Shown here in pieces: positions 11,101-19,712 of a stretch of 64,000 nt of DNA (position 1 is its first letter; every line of letters starts with the position of its first letter). The stretch is taken from sequence record NZ_CP026049.1; one strand, 5' to 3'. Source of the stretch: a plasmid. The position numbers and the translations under genes were made by a program. The notes below the pieces were generated by a model, which was given only the letters and a program-made list of their open reading frames with translations, did not search any database and was not told the DNA's origin.

Positions 11101-14086
11101 GATCAGAAACGTACTTGACGTCGCTGACAAAAAATTCTGGTTCTTTGCGACCAGTGCCCGCAAGAAAGTCATTGGTGAAGTTATCCGACAATACTCGCTA
11201 ACGTCAGCTCCCGACTTATCCGTTGATCTCCCCATTGCTGAAACTCTGCAGACATTGCTGCAACGTCTGACCGAGCTTAACTCTGTCACTTTATCCCTGC
11301 CGGGATGGGCTGGGCTGGATACCAACGTTGCACAGTTGCAGACCACCCTGGAACTTGCAGAATCTATCCGCAATTCGCTTGGTGGTTTTGCTTCTTCGCC
11401 ACAGCAGTTGGTCGAGATCCGCACTGCTGTAAAAAATCTGATTATTGATGCCAATGACCTTCTCGGTTCGCAGGGTGTTATCTCCGCCCTGACTCGGAAA
11501 CTGCGCACAGCAATCGCCAATTTCAATGATGCACAGGTTAGCTTCTGCAATCTGATAAAACCAGCTGAGGACAAACCATCGCTCCCGGCACTGCGTGACT
11601 GCGCACTCAATATCCTGCAACATCAGTCTGCTCTTAAAGCCTGGAGTGACTGGAGCCGTGTACGTGAGGAAGCGATTTCACATGGCCTGCAGCCAGTGAT
11701 CAACGCGCTGATCCATCTTAACTCAGGAGAAATAAGCGCTGCAGAGATTTTTGAAACTGCCTATTGCCGCTGGTTTGCATCGTGGATGATCGATTCAGAG
11801 CCGCTGCTGCACAATTTTGTGCCGGCTGAGCACATGAGTGATATTGAGGCTTACCGTGCTCAAACCGATCGTCTGGCCAAACTGACAGTACGCTATATCC
11901 GTGCTCGTTTATGTGGCGTCATTCCTGCAAAAAATGAGGTCAGCAAGCAGAGTGGTTTTGCACTGCTTAAACATGAACTACAGAAATCCCGTCGTCATAA
12001 ACCGGTACGCCAGATGGCAGCCGAAATGGGCGATGCCATGGCCAAACTTGCCCCCTGCATGCTGATGAGTCCGCTTTCAGTCGCCCAGTTCCTGCCCTCC
12101 GACCAAGCCTTGTTTGATCTGGTGATTTTCGATGAGGCATCACAGATTGCCCCGTGGGATGCTATCGGCACCATGGCGCGTGGCAAACAGGTGGTAATCG
12201 CCGGTGATCCCCGCCAGATGCCGCCAACCAGCTTCTTTAATCGTGCAGCTAATGACACGGACGATGATACTGAAGAAGATATGGAAAGCATTCTGGATGA
12301 GTGTCTTGCTGCCGGCCTGTATAACCACAGCCTGAGCTGGCATTACCGGAGCCGTCATGAAAGCCTGATTACCTTCTCCAACCATCGCTACTATGACAGC
12401 AACCTGATTACGTTCCCCGCTTCCGAAACAAAGCAAAGTGCTGTCCAGTGGTGCAAGGTTACAGGCGTCTACTCTAAAGGGAAAGGACGTCATAATCAGG
12501 TCGAGGCAGAAGCGATCGTCGCTGAAACGGTGAAGCGACTGACTGATAAAGAGTTCGTTGCATCAGGCAGATCGATAGGCATTATCACGCTGAATACTGA
12601 ACAGCAAAAGCTAGTCAGCGATCTGCTGGACCGTGCCAGACAGCATCACCCTGAAATTGAACCCTTCTTCCAGTCTGAACTGGAAGAACCTGTTGTGGTT
12701 AAAAACCTCGAAACGGTTCAGGGGGATGAACGCGATTTGATCATAATTAGCATCGGGTACGGCCCGACTGAGCCGGGCGCAAATACAATGTCGATGAATT
12801 TTGGCCCGCTTAATCGCGAGGGAGGCTGGCGCCGGCTGAATGTTGCCGTCACACGTGCGCGACAGGAAATGATGGTCTTCAGCTCGTTCGATCCTTCCTT
12901 CATCGACCTTAATCGGACCAGCGCCCGCGCGGTTGCTGACCTCAAACACTTTATTGAGTTTGCCCAGCGCGGCCCTGAAGCTCTTTCTCAGGCAGTACGT
13001 GGGTCTGTAGGCGGTTATGACTCACCGTTTGAAGAGGCAGTAGCAAATGGTCTGAGGAGAAAAGGCTGGCATGTTGTCCCGCAAATTGGCGTATCCCGTT
13101 TCCGTATTGATTTGGGGATCGTTCATCCGGATAAGCCTGGCGACTATCTTGTCGGTGTTGAATGTGACGGTGCCACTTACCATAGCGCAGCAACAGCACG
13201 CGATCGCGATAAAGTCCGCAGCGCTATCCTACAGGGCCTGGGCTGGAAATTACTGCGCCTCTGGTCAACTGAATGGTGGATTGATAAAGAAGGTGCACTC
13301 GACAGGCTGGATACAGCAATAAATCGCCTGCTGGAGGAATCCAGAGCAGCGGAAGCCGCACTGATTGCTGAAGCAGAAAAACAAAAGCAGATTACGCCAG
13401 TCATCGGTCACGTAACCAATGATGCCAGTGAAGACATACTGGTATCTGAAATTACACCTGTCGCTAATGATGAAGAAATATCCACGTCAGTAAACCCTAT
13501 CATCACGCCTCCCGCCGAAGTAAGCGAAGATGATGGTGGCACTGAGTTGAAGTATGCATCTACAGCTTCTCAGAATAACAACAAGCCAGCGCATGCCGGT
13601 AAGTATGTCGTTAACGATCTTCAGGAATGGCACGACAGGACAGATGCAGAACAATTCTATATCGCTGAATATGATGAGACACTTAAAACCCTCATTGAAG
13701 CGGTGGTAACAAGTGAATCACCCGTTCTGGATACAACGCTTGTGCAACGCATCGCACGTATACACGGCTTCACTCGCGCTGGCAGACTGATACGTGAACG
13801 CGTAATGGAAATTGTGGATCAACACTATCACCTTGCAGCCGATCACTCAGGTGAAAACTTCGTCTGGCTGTCCGCTGAGCAACGTGCTGACTGGAATGCG
13901 TTTCGTTTGCCTGCCACGGATAACGACATTCGCCAGGTTGACGCGATCCCTAGTGAGGAATTGCGCGCACTGGCGCTGAGTATTAAAGGTGACAATAAGA
14001 TACAGGAAATGACCCGCTCGCTTGGAATTAAGCGCCTGACCAGTCAGGCAAAAAAAAGGATTGAATCAATACTTAATGTTGTTTGA
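8195..14086 (+). CDS. giant multidomain protein (1963 aa): transglutaminase-like N-domain + DUF4011 + SF1 helicase (AAA_11/AAA_12) + Vsr/DUF559-like nuclease + DUF3320. It is an Hhe-like candidate defence protein.
   Basis: An SD aaggag sits 10 nt before the ATG at 8195. Walker A GPPGTGKS is at 10238-10261. Walker B VIFDEASQI is at 12122-12148, and VIAGDPRQMPP is at 12191-12226. LETVQGDERDLIIIS (helicase motif V/VI region) follows. VGVECDGATYH, a Vsr/DUF559-type PD-(D/E)xK motif, is at 13151-13183. The C-terminus (LVQRIARIHGFTRAGRLIRERV…) is DUF3320-like. The N-terminal block …GKVATCLDTTLLFASAL…EGHAFAGVW looks like a transglutaminase Cys/His core. Confidence 0.85.
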   Translation: MGIKAQVSIAHKLGFTSHQNAVPLLRELILHNESEETFQDLTLHLRTAPAVLEDKKWNIDRLLPGTSLDIRDRDVKLNAKWLAELTESVLCEVTISLCQGEEEIFITHYSLEALAKNEWGGSAMIELLPSFIIPNDPAVDRVLKAASDVLRRAGKNDALDGYESKSRTRVWEITSALWTAVCNLNISYALPPASFERNGQKIRTPGIILEGKVATCLDTTLLFASALEQIGLNSLLMLSEGHAFAGVWLQPQEFSQLVTEDVSAVRKRVDLKEMVVFETTLATRAHPPSFTQASDEALKYLNEDVFHAAIDSRRARMQKIRPLALGVTRLEGQPDAEEVISHGFEDAPSLPDVDIDIETAGEKEAGGRLVQWQRKLLDLTTRNRLLHLPESAKGIRLICANPGHLEDKLAEGKRIRIVPLPDLESGGRDAELYQQLTNENLREEYAQIALERGEVVSAMEKYRLESSLIDLYRKSKSDLEEGGANTLFLAVGFLKWKKSADDPKSYSAPLILLPIQLDRKSVLSGVSMRLLEEEPRFNLTLLELLHNDFALTINGLDGDLPTDESGVDVDGIWNMVRRAVRDIPGFEVTRDVVIGTFSFAKYLMWKDLIDRAPQLMQSALVKYLIERGQDNAVLDKSGEVINVEELDDNVNTQDLFLPLPADSSQIAAVVASAKGRDFVLDGPPGTGKSQTIANMIAHNLALGRRVLFVAEKKAALDVVYRRLEAQGLGEFCLELHSSKTSKMDFLKQLERAWDARDLLTTSEWKEEAAKVQHLRDKLNEVVRLLHLRWPNGLTLHQAMGTVIRDASSATPHFSWPASTLHSSSEMTQFREIVKRLELNRDTWKQHGDHFDLITQADWTNGWQSSLIAAANSLPAIIDHLENATEELLKATGVTLDSTEPERLSQLTSFCELLTEAYGIDLNFMFAPDATSRIESANKAVHLLKEIEVTKANLSVTYPGNSWQYVNAPQIRNVLDVADKKFWFFATSARKKVIGEVIRQYSLTSAPDLSVDLPIAETLQTLLQRLTELNSVTLSLPGWAGLDTNVAQLQTTLELAESIRNSLGGFASSPQQLVEIRTAVKNLIIDANDLLGSQGVISALTRKLRTAIANFNDAQVSFCNLIKPAEDKPSLPALRDCALNILQHQSALKAWSDWSRVREEAISHGLQPVINALIHLNSGEISAAEIFETAYCRWFASWMIDSEPLLHNFVPAEHMSDIEAYRAQTDRLAKLTVRYIRARLCGVIPAKNEVSKQSGFALLKHELQKSRRHKPVRQMAAEMGDAMAKLAPCMLMSPLSVAQFLPSDQALFDLVIFDEASQIAPWDAIGTMARGKQVVIAGDPRQMPPTSFFNRAANDTDDDTEEDMESILDECLAAGLYNHSLSWHYRSRHESLITFSNHRYYDSNLITFPASETKQSAVQWCKVTGVYSKGKGRHNQVEAEAIVAETVKRLTDKEFVASGRSIGIITLNTEQQKLVSDLLDRARQHHPEIEPFFQSELEEPVVVKNLETVQGDERDLIIISIGYGPTEPGANTMSMNFGPLNREGGWRRLNVAVTRARQEMMVFSSFDPSFIDLNRTSARAVADLKHFIEFAQRGPEALSQAVRGSVGGYDSPFEEAVANGLRRKGWHVVPQIGVSRFRIDLGIVHPDKPGDYLVGVECDGATYHSAATARDRDKVRSAILQGLGWKLLRLWSTEWWIDKEGALDRLDTAINRLLEESRAAEAALIAEAEKQKQITPVIGHVTNDASEDILVSEITPVANDEEISTSVNPIITPPAEVSEDDGGTELKYASTASQNNNKPAHAGKYVVNDLQEWHDRTDAEQFYIAEYDETLKTLIEAVVTSESPVLDTTLVQRIARIHGFTRAGRLIRERVMEIVDQHYHLAADHSGENFVWLSAEQRADWNAFRLPATDNDIRQVDAIPSEELRALALSIKGDNKIQEMTRSLGIKRLTSQAKKRIESILNVV

Positions 14087-14092
14087 AGGTCA

Positions 14093-14216
14093 ACCGTGTG
14101 GAAAACCACTTTTAGAGACTAATAGTCTGAAATATAGAGTCTTAATCGACCATTTTGAGACCGGATGTATTAAAGTCGATTTCTGACACCTCTTATCGTG
14201 GTTTTCCACATCACCA
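14093..14216. repeat. inverted repeat GTGGTTTTCCACA(C/T) pair bracketing an AGACTAATAGTCT palindrome, immediately 3' of the giant ORF
   Basis: aaccgtgtggaaaaccac is at 14093-14110 and gtggttttccacatcacc is at 14199-14216. TTTTCCACA is one mismatch from a DnaA box. The palindrome agactaatagtct lies at ~14117-14129. Confidence 0.5.
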
Positions 14217-14999
14217 ACATCGACCAGTTGGGCGTAATTAAGGAGTACTAACCTGCTCCCCGTATTTTCACACAGACTGCTGTTAGTTACTTCCGCTTTT
14301 GGCACAAAGCAGACGTTAAGACTTACAGCATCGGGAAACTTCTGGATGCCGCGTCAGCGGCATGGAGGCGCCAGATGAGGTTACATGTGTCTGTGGAGTC
14401 AAATGGCGCCGAAAGCCCGGCGTAGCCGGTTACCTGGCTATAAACTCTGCCACCCTACCCCCTGCCCTGATTAGCCTTAACCCGCTTACAGCAATGAAGA
14501 AGTAAAAGTAATCCCTTTTAACCCCGGTGAGCGGGCTTTACGGCGTTTACGACGTAAAGGGCGTGATTTCCGGGGCCTTAGCGGCGGCAGCTTGCTGCTG
14601 ACGCTTAGGGGGATGTTCTTCAGTTATTTCAGCGACACCAGGGAACTTAACACGGTAGCTGGCAAAGCCATACCCGCTTAAAACATCACAGAAGCCTCTG
14701 TACGCGGTCGGAGTGGACCCGACAAGGCGACAGCCGCAGTCGGGGCGTATCTCCGCGTTAGTGCCGTCAGGCGCTTACGAGCGTATACCCCGGGATTACA
14801 GCAGCACGACTTACAGCGATGAAGAATAAATAGTTACAACACTCATCATTAAAAGCGATGTCTTTCCCCGGCCTTCGGCCGGGGGCGGCGGCGCTTTTCA
14901 GTGGTGGGATGAGTTATGTAGTTACCGCTGTGCACGGAACTGAATAGTGGTCTGAGAGGGGCTCAGTGTTGCAGGACGGCGCCGGAGGTTTGTTTAAAT

Positions 15000-15476
15000 G
15001 GTTAATTGAATGCTGTAACTAAAGTGCTTGCTGGTGCTGTGCCCGCCGCTTGCCGGCGGGAGGTACTTCTCGATTCTGAGCGGCGCGGGCGTTTGCGACC
15101 GCTGCCAGCGAAGGCCTCATTGAGACTGTCCACAGGACAGACGGCGAACAGGTTTTCCTTTGAGATGAAAGAGATTCAGATCTTTAAAAGAAGTACAGAG
15201 CAGGTATTTAAAGGGAACCACGCGGTCTGTAATTCTTTCGACGGGCACCCAGGAAACGTATCGGGTGTAGCCTTGTGAATAGTTCCCTTGCAGTTAAATG
15301 TGTATAAGTAAAATCCGGTCAAAAAACCGGGGCCGGAGACCTGAAATTTCATCCACGAAAAGGAAAAATTAGGAGGTGGCCGTGGTGGCTGTTACAGGAA
15401 TGGTCAGAAATCAGGCAACTGCAGAAGACGGGCGAGCGAAAGTCTCCGGCGTCGGCCGGATAAAAAAGTGGGAGGT
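15000..15476 (-). promoter_or_regulatory. IncFII oriR region (approximate; position inferred)
   Basis: This is the region immediately downstream of repA1, where oriR lies in R1/R100-type replicons. No ORFs occur across 14.1-15.47 kb. Exact ori boundaries were not determined. Confidence 0.4.
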
Positions 15477-16349
15477 TTATATGGGCTCGGGGTACGGCGC
15501 CAGGCGGGTATAGTTATTGCCCCGGGATATCAGCATTCGTTCCGTCACACGTCGCTCCACCTCACGCTTCAGCGCGTCATGATCGCCTCTGAAGCGGCCG
15601 GTGGCATATTCACGGGTCAGCTGCTGACGAACGCGCGTCTCTATATCCTTACGCTGGCGTGAAGCATCCCGGCGAGCTGTCGCTCGCTTCTGGCCATGTG
15701 ATTTACGCTCAGCCTGGTAGCTACGAAAACGCTCGCGTACAAAACGCCAGGATTTAGCGATCAGCTCGTCCATTTCCAGTTGTGGCAGGCTCTGCTTTTT
15801 ACGCTGTTTGTTTTCCCACTCCACACGGCTACGACGCGCGGCCACGACAGCGACATCTGACACATCCAGAGCCTGAAAAAGAGCCGGCGTGAACGTCATG
15901 TCGGTCGGGATGTTACAGCCAATCTGCGGGTCATATTCCGTGGTGTAGGTGATCAGGCCCAACTCGGACATAAAGCGCAGCGCACGGGTCGCCCGCGAGA
16001 TAGAGAGATTGCCACTTGCGGATTCCGTGGCCAGCCCGCACTCGATGGCCATATTGGTAATCGAGCGCTGCACGCGATTGGCCAGCGGATCATAATGGAA
16101 GCACATTGCCTGCAGGAGCGCGTCAATTGCACGTCGACGCAGTATAGGAGGCATGCGGCGGCGCTTACCCAGTGAGCGGGCAAAGGCAACATGGATTGAA
16201 AAATCAAAGGTAGCGGTGAAGCCTTCGGCTTTGGCCATCAGCTTACGACAGAACGGCAGTGTCTTTTTGCCTTCACGCGCCATATAACGCGGCTCGGCAT
16301 TTTTAACCTGAACGTAATGAAATGAGTTTTCTGAATTCTGGTCAGCCAC
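15477..16349 (-). CDS. repA1: IncFII replication initiation protein RepA1 (290 aa)
   Basis: Its central and C-terminal regions strongly recall R100/R1 RepA1 (…[32 protein letters not shown]…WENKQRKKQ…). The N-terminus is divergent. Confidence 0.95.
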   Translation of the reverse strand: MADQNSENSFHYVQVKNAEPRYMAREGKKTLPFCRKLMAKAEGFTATFDFSIHVAFARSLGKRRRMPPILRRRAIDALLQAMCFHYDPLANRVQRSITNMAIECGLATESASGNLSISRATRALRFMSELGLITYTTEYDPQIGCNIPTDMTFTPALFQALDVSDVAVVAARRSRVEWENKQRKKQSLPQLEMDELIAKSWRFVRERFRSYQAERKSHGQKRATARRDASRQRKDIETRVRQQLTREYATGRFRGDHDALKREVERRVTERMLISRGNNYTRLAPYPEPI

Positions 16350-16628
16350 CGCTTCCTGCGCTTATGTTGCACGGAAGGAGTGAGCACAGAAGGTCTTGAA
16401 CTTTTCTGAGCATGAATCTATACTCCCTGCATAGAGCAACAGCTTCTATGCAGTTTTGAAAGGCCCCGTTAATCTTTTCGCTCCGCCAAGAATGAAGAAG
16501 ATTATCGGGGTTTTTGCTTTTCTGGTTCCAGGTAAATTCCCCATCCGAACCAGTTCCCTGCCACCTTGCGGCGTGGCCAGCCAGAAATCTCTAAACGATC
16601 AGTAATCTAGCACTCAAAGCCGGATGGA
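16350..16628. promoter_or_regulatory. repA1 upstream control region (tap leader peptide and copA antisense RNA expected here)
   Basis: This is the gap between repA2 and repA1. In IncFII replicons it carries the copA/copT target, the tap leader ORF and the repA1 promoter. It is not delimited at nucleotide level. Confidence 0.45.
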
Positions 16629-16898
16629 TCAAGAATGTGACGTCGTTACATCAATTCCAAGCTTCGCGGACTCCATTTCAATAAGCCTTTCAATCATTTC
16701 TGCCTGAGTAATTCCTTCACTCTCACACATGATTTGAAGCTGATTTTTAAGTGAATCGCGCACAAACACCCTCACCTCTTTGTGCGTCGTTTTTTTACGC
16801 GCAACAGCCTTCTGCTGCCGTTCTGCAGCAGAAAGTGGTTTCCCTTTTCTGTAGGGGCGTTTAGATGAGGAAGTAACTGCGTTTATGGCCTGTGACAT
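16629..16898 (-). CDS. repA2: RepA2/CopB repressor of repA1 transcription (89 aa)
   Basis: MSQAINAVTSS…KKTTHKEVRVFV…CESEGITQAEMIERLI has the same length and architecture as IncFII CopB. Confidence 0.85.
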   Translation of the reverse strand: MSQAINAVTSSSKRPYRKGKPLSAAERQQKAVARKKTTHKEVRVFVRDSLKNQLQIMCESEGITQAEMIERLIEMESAKLGIDVTTSHS

Positions 16899-17038
16899 CT
16901 CTGCCTCCTCAAGCATTTAACTAAATACCTGAACAAAGATACTACAGCTGGCCTGATGCGGCGAGTGGCTATGTTATTTTTTGTTATATAACCTAATCTC
17001 CGTTGGCGCGAAGTTCAGGTTAAAAAACGTAACGATTT

Positions 17039-17605
17039 TCAGTACGTACTCTGCCAGTCCGTTCCCTGTGCCCAGCGGGATGCCCAGTGGTTCAGGTAAC
17101 TGTGGGCGACAACCGGGTCATCCCACACGACCAGCACATTCTCTGAATTCGAACGGTCCGCAGCCCGACTGAAATTGAAAGAGCCGACCTCGGTATTGCG
17201 TTTGTCTGCGACGATCACTTTGTCATGAAGGATCGTATATACGTCGACGGTGCGGACAGGGATACCCGCGCTGACCAGCACGTTCATGGCGGCCACACTG
17301 GCTTTCCCGGTATTCGCCTTCTGGTCCAGTACTACCCTGATATCCACTCCACGCCGTTTTGCCGCAATAAGCGAGCGAGTCACCTCCGGCGACGTGAAGG
17401 AGTATCCCATCAGGCGGATTTCCTGCTGCGCTGAATCGATGGTCTTCAGGACCAGCTGCAGGGCCGTTCCTTCCGGGGAAAAGCCGGTCTCGATGGACGC
17501 GGCGTTGACTGCCGGCACTGGCGTGTAAAGCGCCAGACTGAGCAGTCCGGGCAACCACCACCGGCTGGCTGGGGTTTGACGGGTCGTTCTTTTTTCTATA
17601 CTCAT
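17039..17605 (-). CDS. nuc: phospholipase D-family endonuclease Nuc (188 aa, signal peptide)
   Basis: The HKD motif region …YTILHDKVIVADKRN… is present with an N-terminal signal sequence, as in pKM101/IncF Nuc. Confidence 0.85.
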   Translation of the reverse strand: MSIEKRTTRQTPASRWWLPGLLSLALYTPVPAVNAASIETGFSPEGTALQLVLKTIDSAQQEIRLMGYSFTSPEVTRSLIAAKRRGVDIRVVLDQKANTGKASVAAMNVLVSAGIPVRTVDVYTILHDKVIVADKRNTEVGSFNFSRAADRSNSENVLVVWDDPVVAHSYLNHWASRWAQGTDWQSTY

Positions 17606-17611
17606 ACGATT

Positions 17612-17803
17612 TCACTCCTGATGACATTCAGTGATGTCGTGTCGGTGCTTCAGAAAATCCCTCACACACCTGACCAGTTTCTCTGAATCCCGCTCCCGCA
17701 ACAGCGGAATGCCGGCCTGGCGAAGTACCTCTTCCAGCAGAATATCCCGGCGTACCCGATGTTTTTTCAGGTGCGAGGCATCATCCAGTTCGACAGCGGC
17801 CAC
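17612..17803 (-). CDS. small hypothetical ORF upstream of nuc (63 aa)
   Basis: This is only an ORF from the track. It is positioned as if co-transcribed with nuc. No family was recognised. Confidence 0.3.
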   Translation of the reverse strand: MAAVELDDASHLKKHRVRRDILLEEVLRQAGIPLLRERDSEKLVRCVRDFLKHRHDITECHQE

Positions 17804-17823
17804 AATGGCAAAGGTCGTGATAG

Positions 17824-17861
17824 GGGTCAGCTTGGATATCGAAAATTATTGTACGTTAAGG
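17824..17861. repeat. Tn3-family 38-bp terminal inverted repeat
   Basis: ggggtcagcttggatatcgaaaattattgtacgttaag begins GGGG and ends ACGTTAAG, like the Tn3/Tn1000 IRs. It overlaps the 3' end of the tnpA fragment. Confidence 0.6.
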
Positions 17862-19126
17862 CTATTTTTTGACCTTTCGACTTTAGCTGGTCTCAGCCGA
17901 CGAAACTTACCGGAAGCCGGTATCCGGTTGCTTTTCCATTTATAATCGCCTGTCAGATTGATGTGTTCCCAGCCTAACGGGGACAAATGCGACAGCAGTT
18001 GCTCGTTGATCTTCACCCCTTTGCGCTTCAGGGCATCGACCGCTCTTTCCATATAGACGGTATTCCACAGGGATATGGCAGCCGTCAGCAGCGTCAGTCC
18101 ACTGGCGCGATAGCTCTGATTTTCCGGTTTTCTGTCCCTGATTTCACCCAGCCGGTGTAGGAATACCGCACGCGCCAGCGCGTTACGGGCTTCTCCTTTA
18201 TTCAGTCCCGCCTGTACCCGCCGACGAAGTGCCGGATCGCGGAACCAGTCGAGCATAAACAGAGTTCGTTCAAGACGACCAATTTCCCTCAGTGCTTTGG
18301 CAAGTCCGTTTTGTTTGGGGTAGCTGGCAAGCTTTTTCAACATCAGGGATGCCGTCACGGTTCCCTGCTTTATTGAAGTGGCCAGACGAAGTACTTCACG
18401 CCAGTGAATTTCGATCTCTTTCAGATTCAGGCTGGTCGTTGATATCAGTGACTGAAGCGCCGGGTATTGGTCTGCTTTCCCTTTGATAAACAGCTTTTTG
18501 TCGTGGAGATCCCTGATCCGCGGACAGAACGCAAATCCCAGCAGATGCATCAGGGCAAAGACATGATCGGTGAAACCAGCGGTATCGGTGTAATGCTCCC
18601 TGATTTCCAGGTCGCTTTCGTGGTACAGCAAGCCATCGAGCACATGGGTTGAATCCCTGACCCGGCTGATTATGCAGGTGTAAAACGGGCTGTATTGATC
18701 CGAAATATGGGTATAAAACTGACGTCCAGGCTCTTGCCCATATTTCGGGTTAACCTGCCCTGCGTAGCGGCCTGAGCTGCCTGTTCTGAAATTCTGTCCA
18801 TCTGATGATGACGTTGTCCCGTCTCCCCAGAATGCCGCCAGTGGTCTTTTCCCCTGCGCGTTTACCAGCTCTGCGAGGGCGGCTGAATAGGTTTCGTCGC
18901 GGATGTACCATGCCTGGATATCTTCCAGTGATGATTTGGTGCTTCCGGGGCAGGCTTCCGCCATTTTGGTCAGGCCAAGATTGATGCCATCCGCAAGGAT
19001 GGTGGTGAGGAGCTGGCGGGTATCGGGACGGGTAATGTCATTTTTTATATGCGAAAAATGTCGGGTAAACGCCGTCCAGCTGTTTACCTCATCGAGAATT
19101 TCCGTGATTTTAGGGCGCGGTAGCAT
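17846..19126 (-). pseudogene. tnpA: Tn3-family transposase TnpA, C-terminal 426 aa only (5'-truncated)
   Basis: The sequence matches the Tn3-family TnpA C-terminal half. The upstream ~570 codons are absent. Confidence 0.85.
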
Positions 19127-19297
19127 GCTGTAAACCAGCTCTGCCAGCGGTGAAACCTGTACCGGGACGCAGTTATCCAGCGGAGAGACTTTTACTCCCC
19201 TGTCAGATATTTCGACATCGGGCAGCTCACCAAGGGCAGCCAGTACGGCAGTGACGACTGGCAGCGCTTCTGCCGGGCCAACAATCTGGCGCCAAGC

Positions 19298-19510
19298 ATG
19301 AGCCGTCGCGGGAACTGCTGGGATAATGCAGTGGCAGAATCGTTCTTCAGTTCACTCAAAAAAGAACGGATCAGAAAACGCATCTATAAAACCCGGGATC
19401 TGGCCCGGGCGGATATCTTCGATTACATTGAAGTGTTCTACAACCGGGCCCGGCGCCACAGTCATCTCGGCGGCGTCAGTCCGGAGGCCTTCGAGCAGGC
19501 CTCGTCGTGA
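19298..19510 (+). pseudogene. IS3-family OrfB transposase C-terminal fragment (70 aa)
   Basis: …[23 protein letters not shown]…FYNRARRHSHLGGVSPEAFE is the conserved IS3-group OrfB C-terminus. Confidence 0.7.
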
Positions 19511-19712
19511 GGACAGAATTTGTCTATTGTCGTGGGGTCAGTCCATTGGCTGATTATAACTGTCAAGCTGTATGGGGTCAGTTCCTTCATGGGAGAATCC
19601 TGCTTCAGCATTAAGGCTAAGCGATCGTTGTGTCAGCACTTCCCTTCCTTATCGCTTTCGTCTATTTTGGTGTTTTCGTGTGATTGTGTCTTCGGCTTTT
19701 CAATATACGTGT

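Noticed and set aside
11062-12493. Several 100-180 aa minus-strand ORFs inside the giant helicase-nuclease gene
   Set aside because: They are antisense to a continuous 1963-aa ORF with clear motif order. They have no RBS or homology.
14090-15470. Possible missing gene in a 1.4-kb ORF-free stretch
   Set aside because: The position corresponds to the IncFII oriR/repA4 region, which is non-coding in reference replicons. It is not a gap in annotation.
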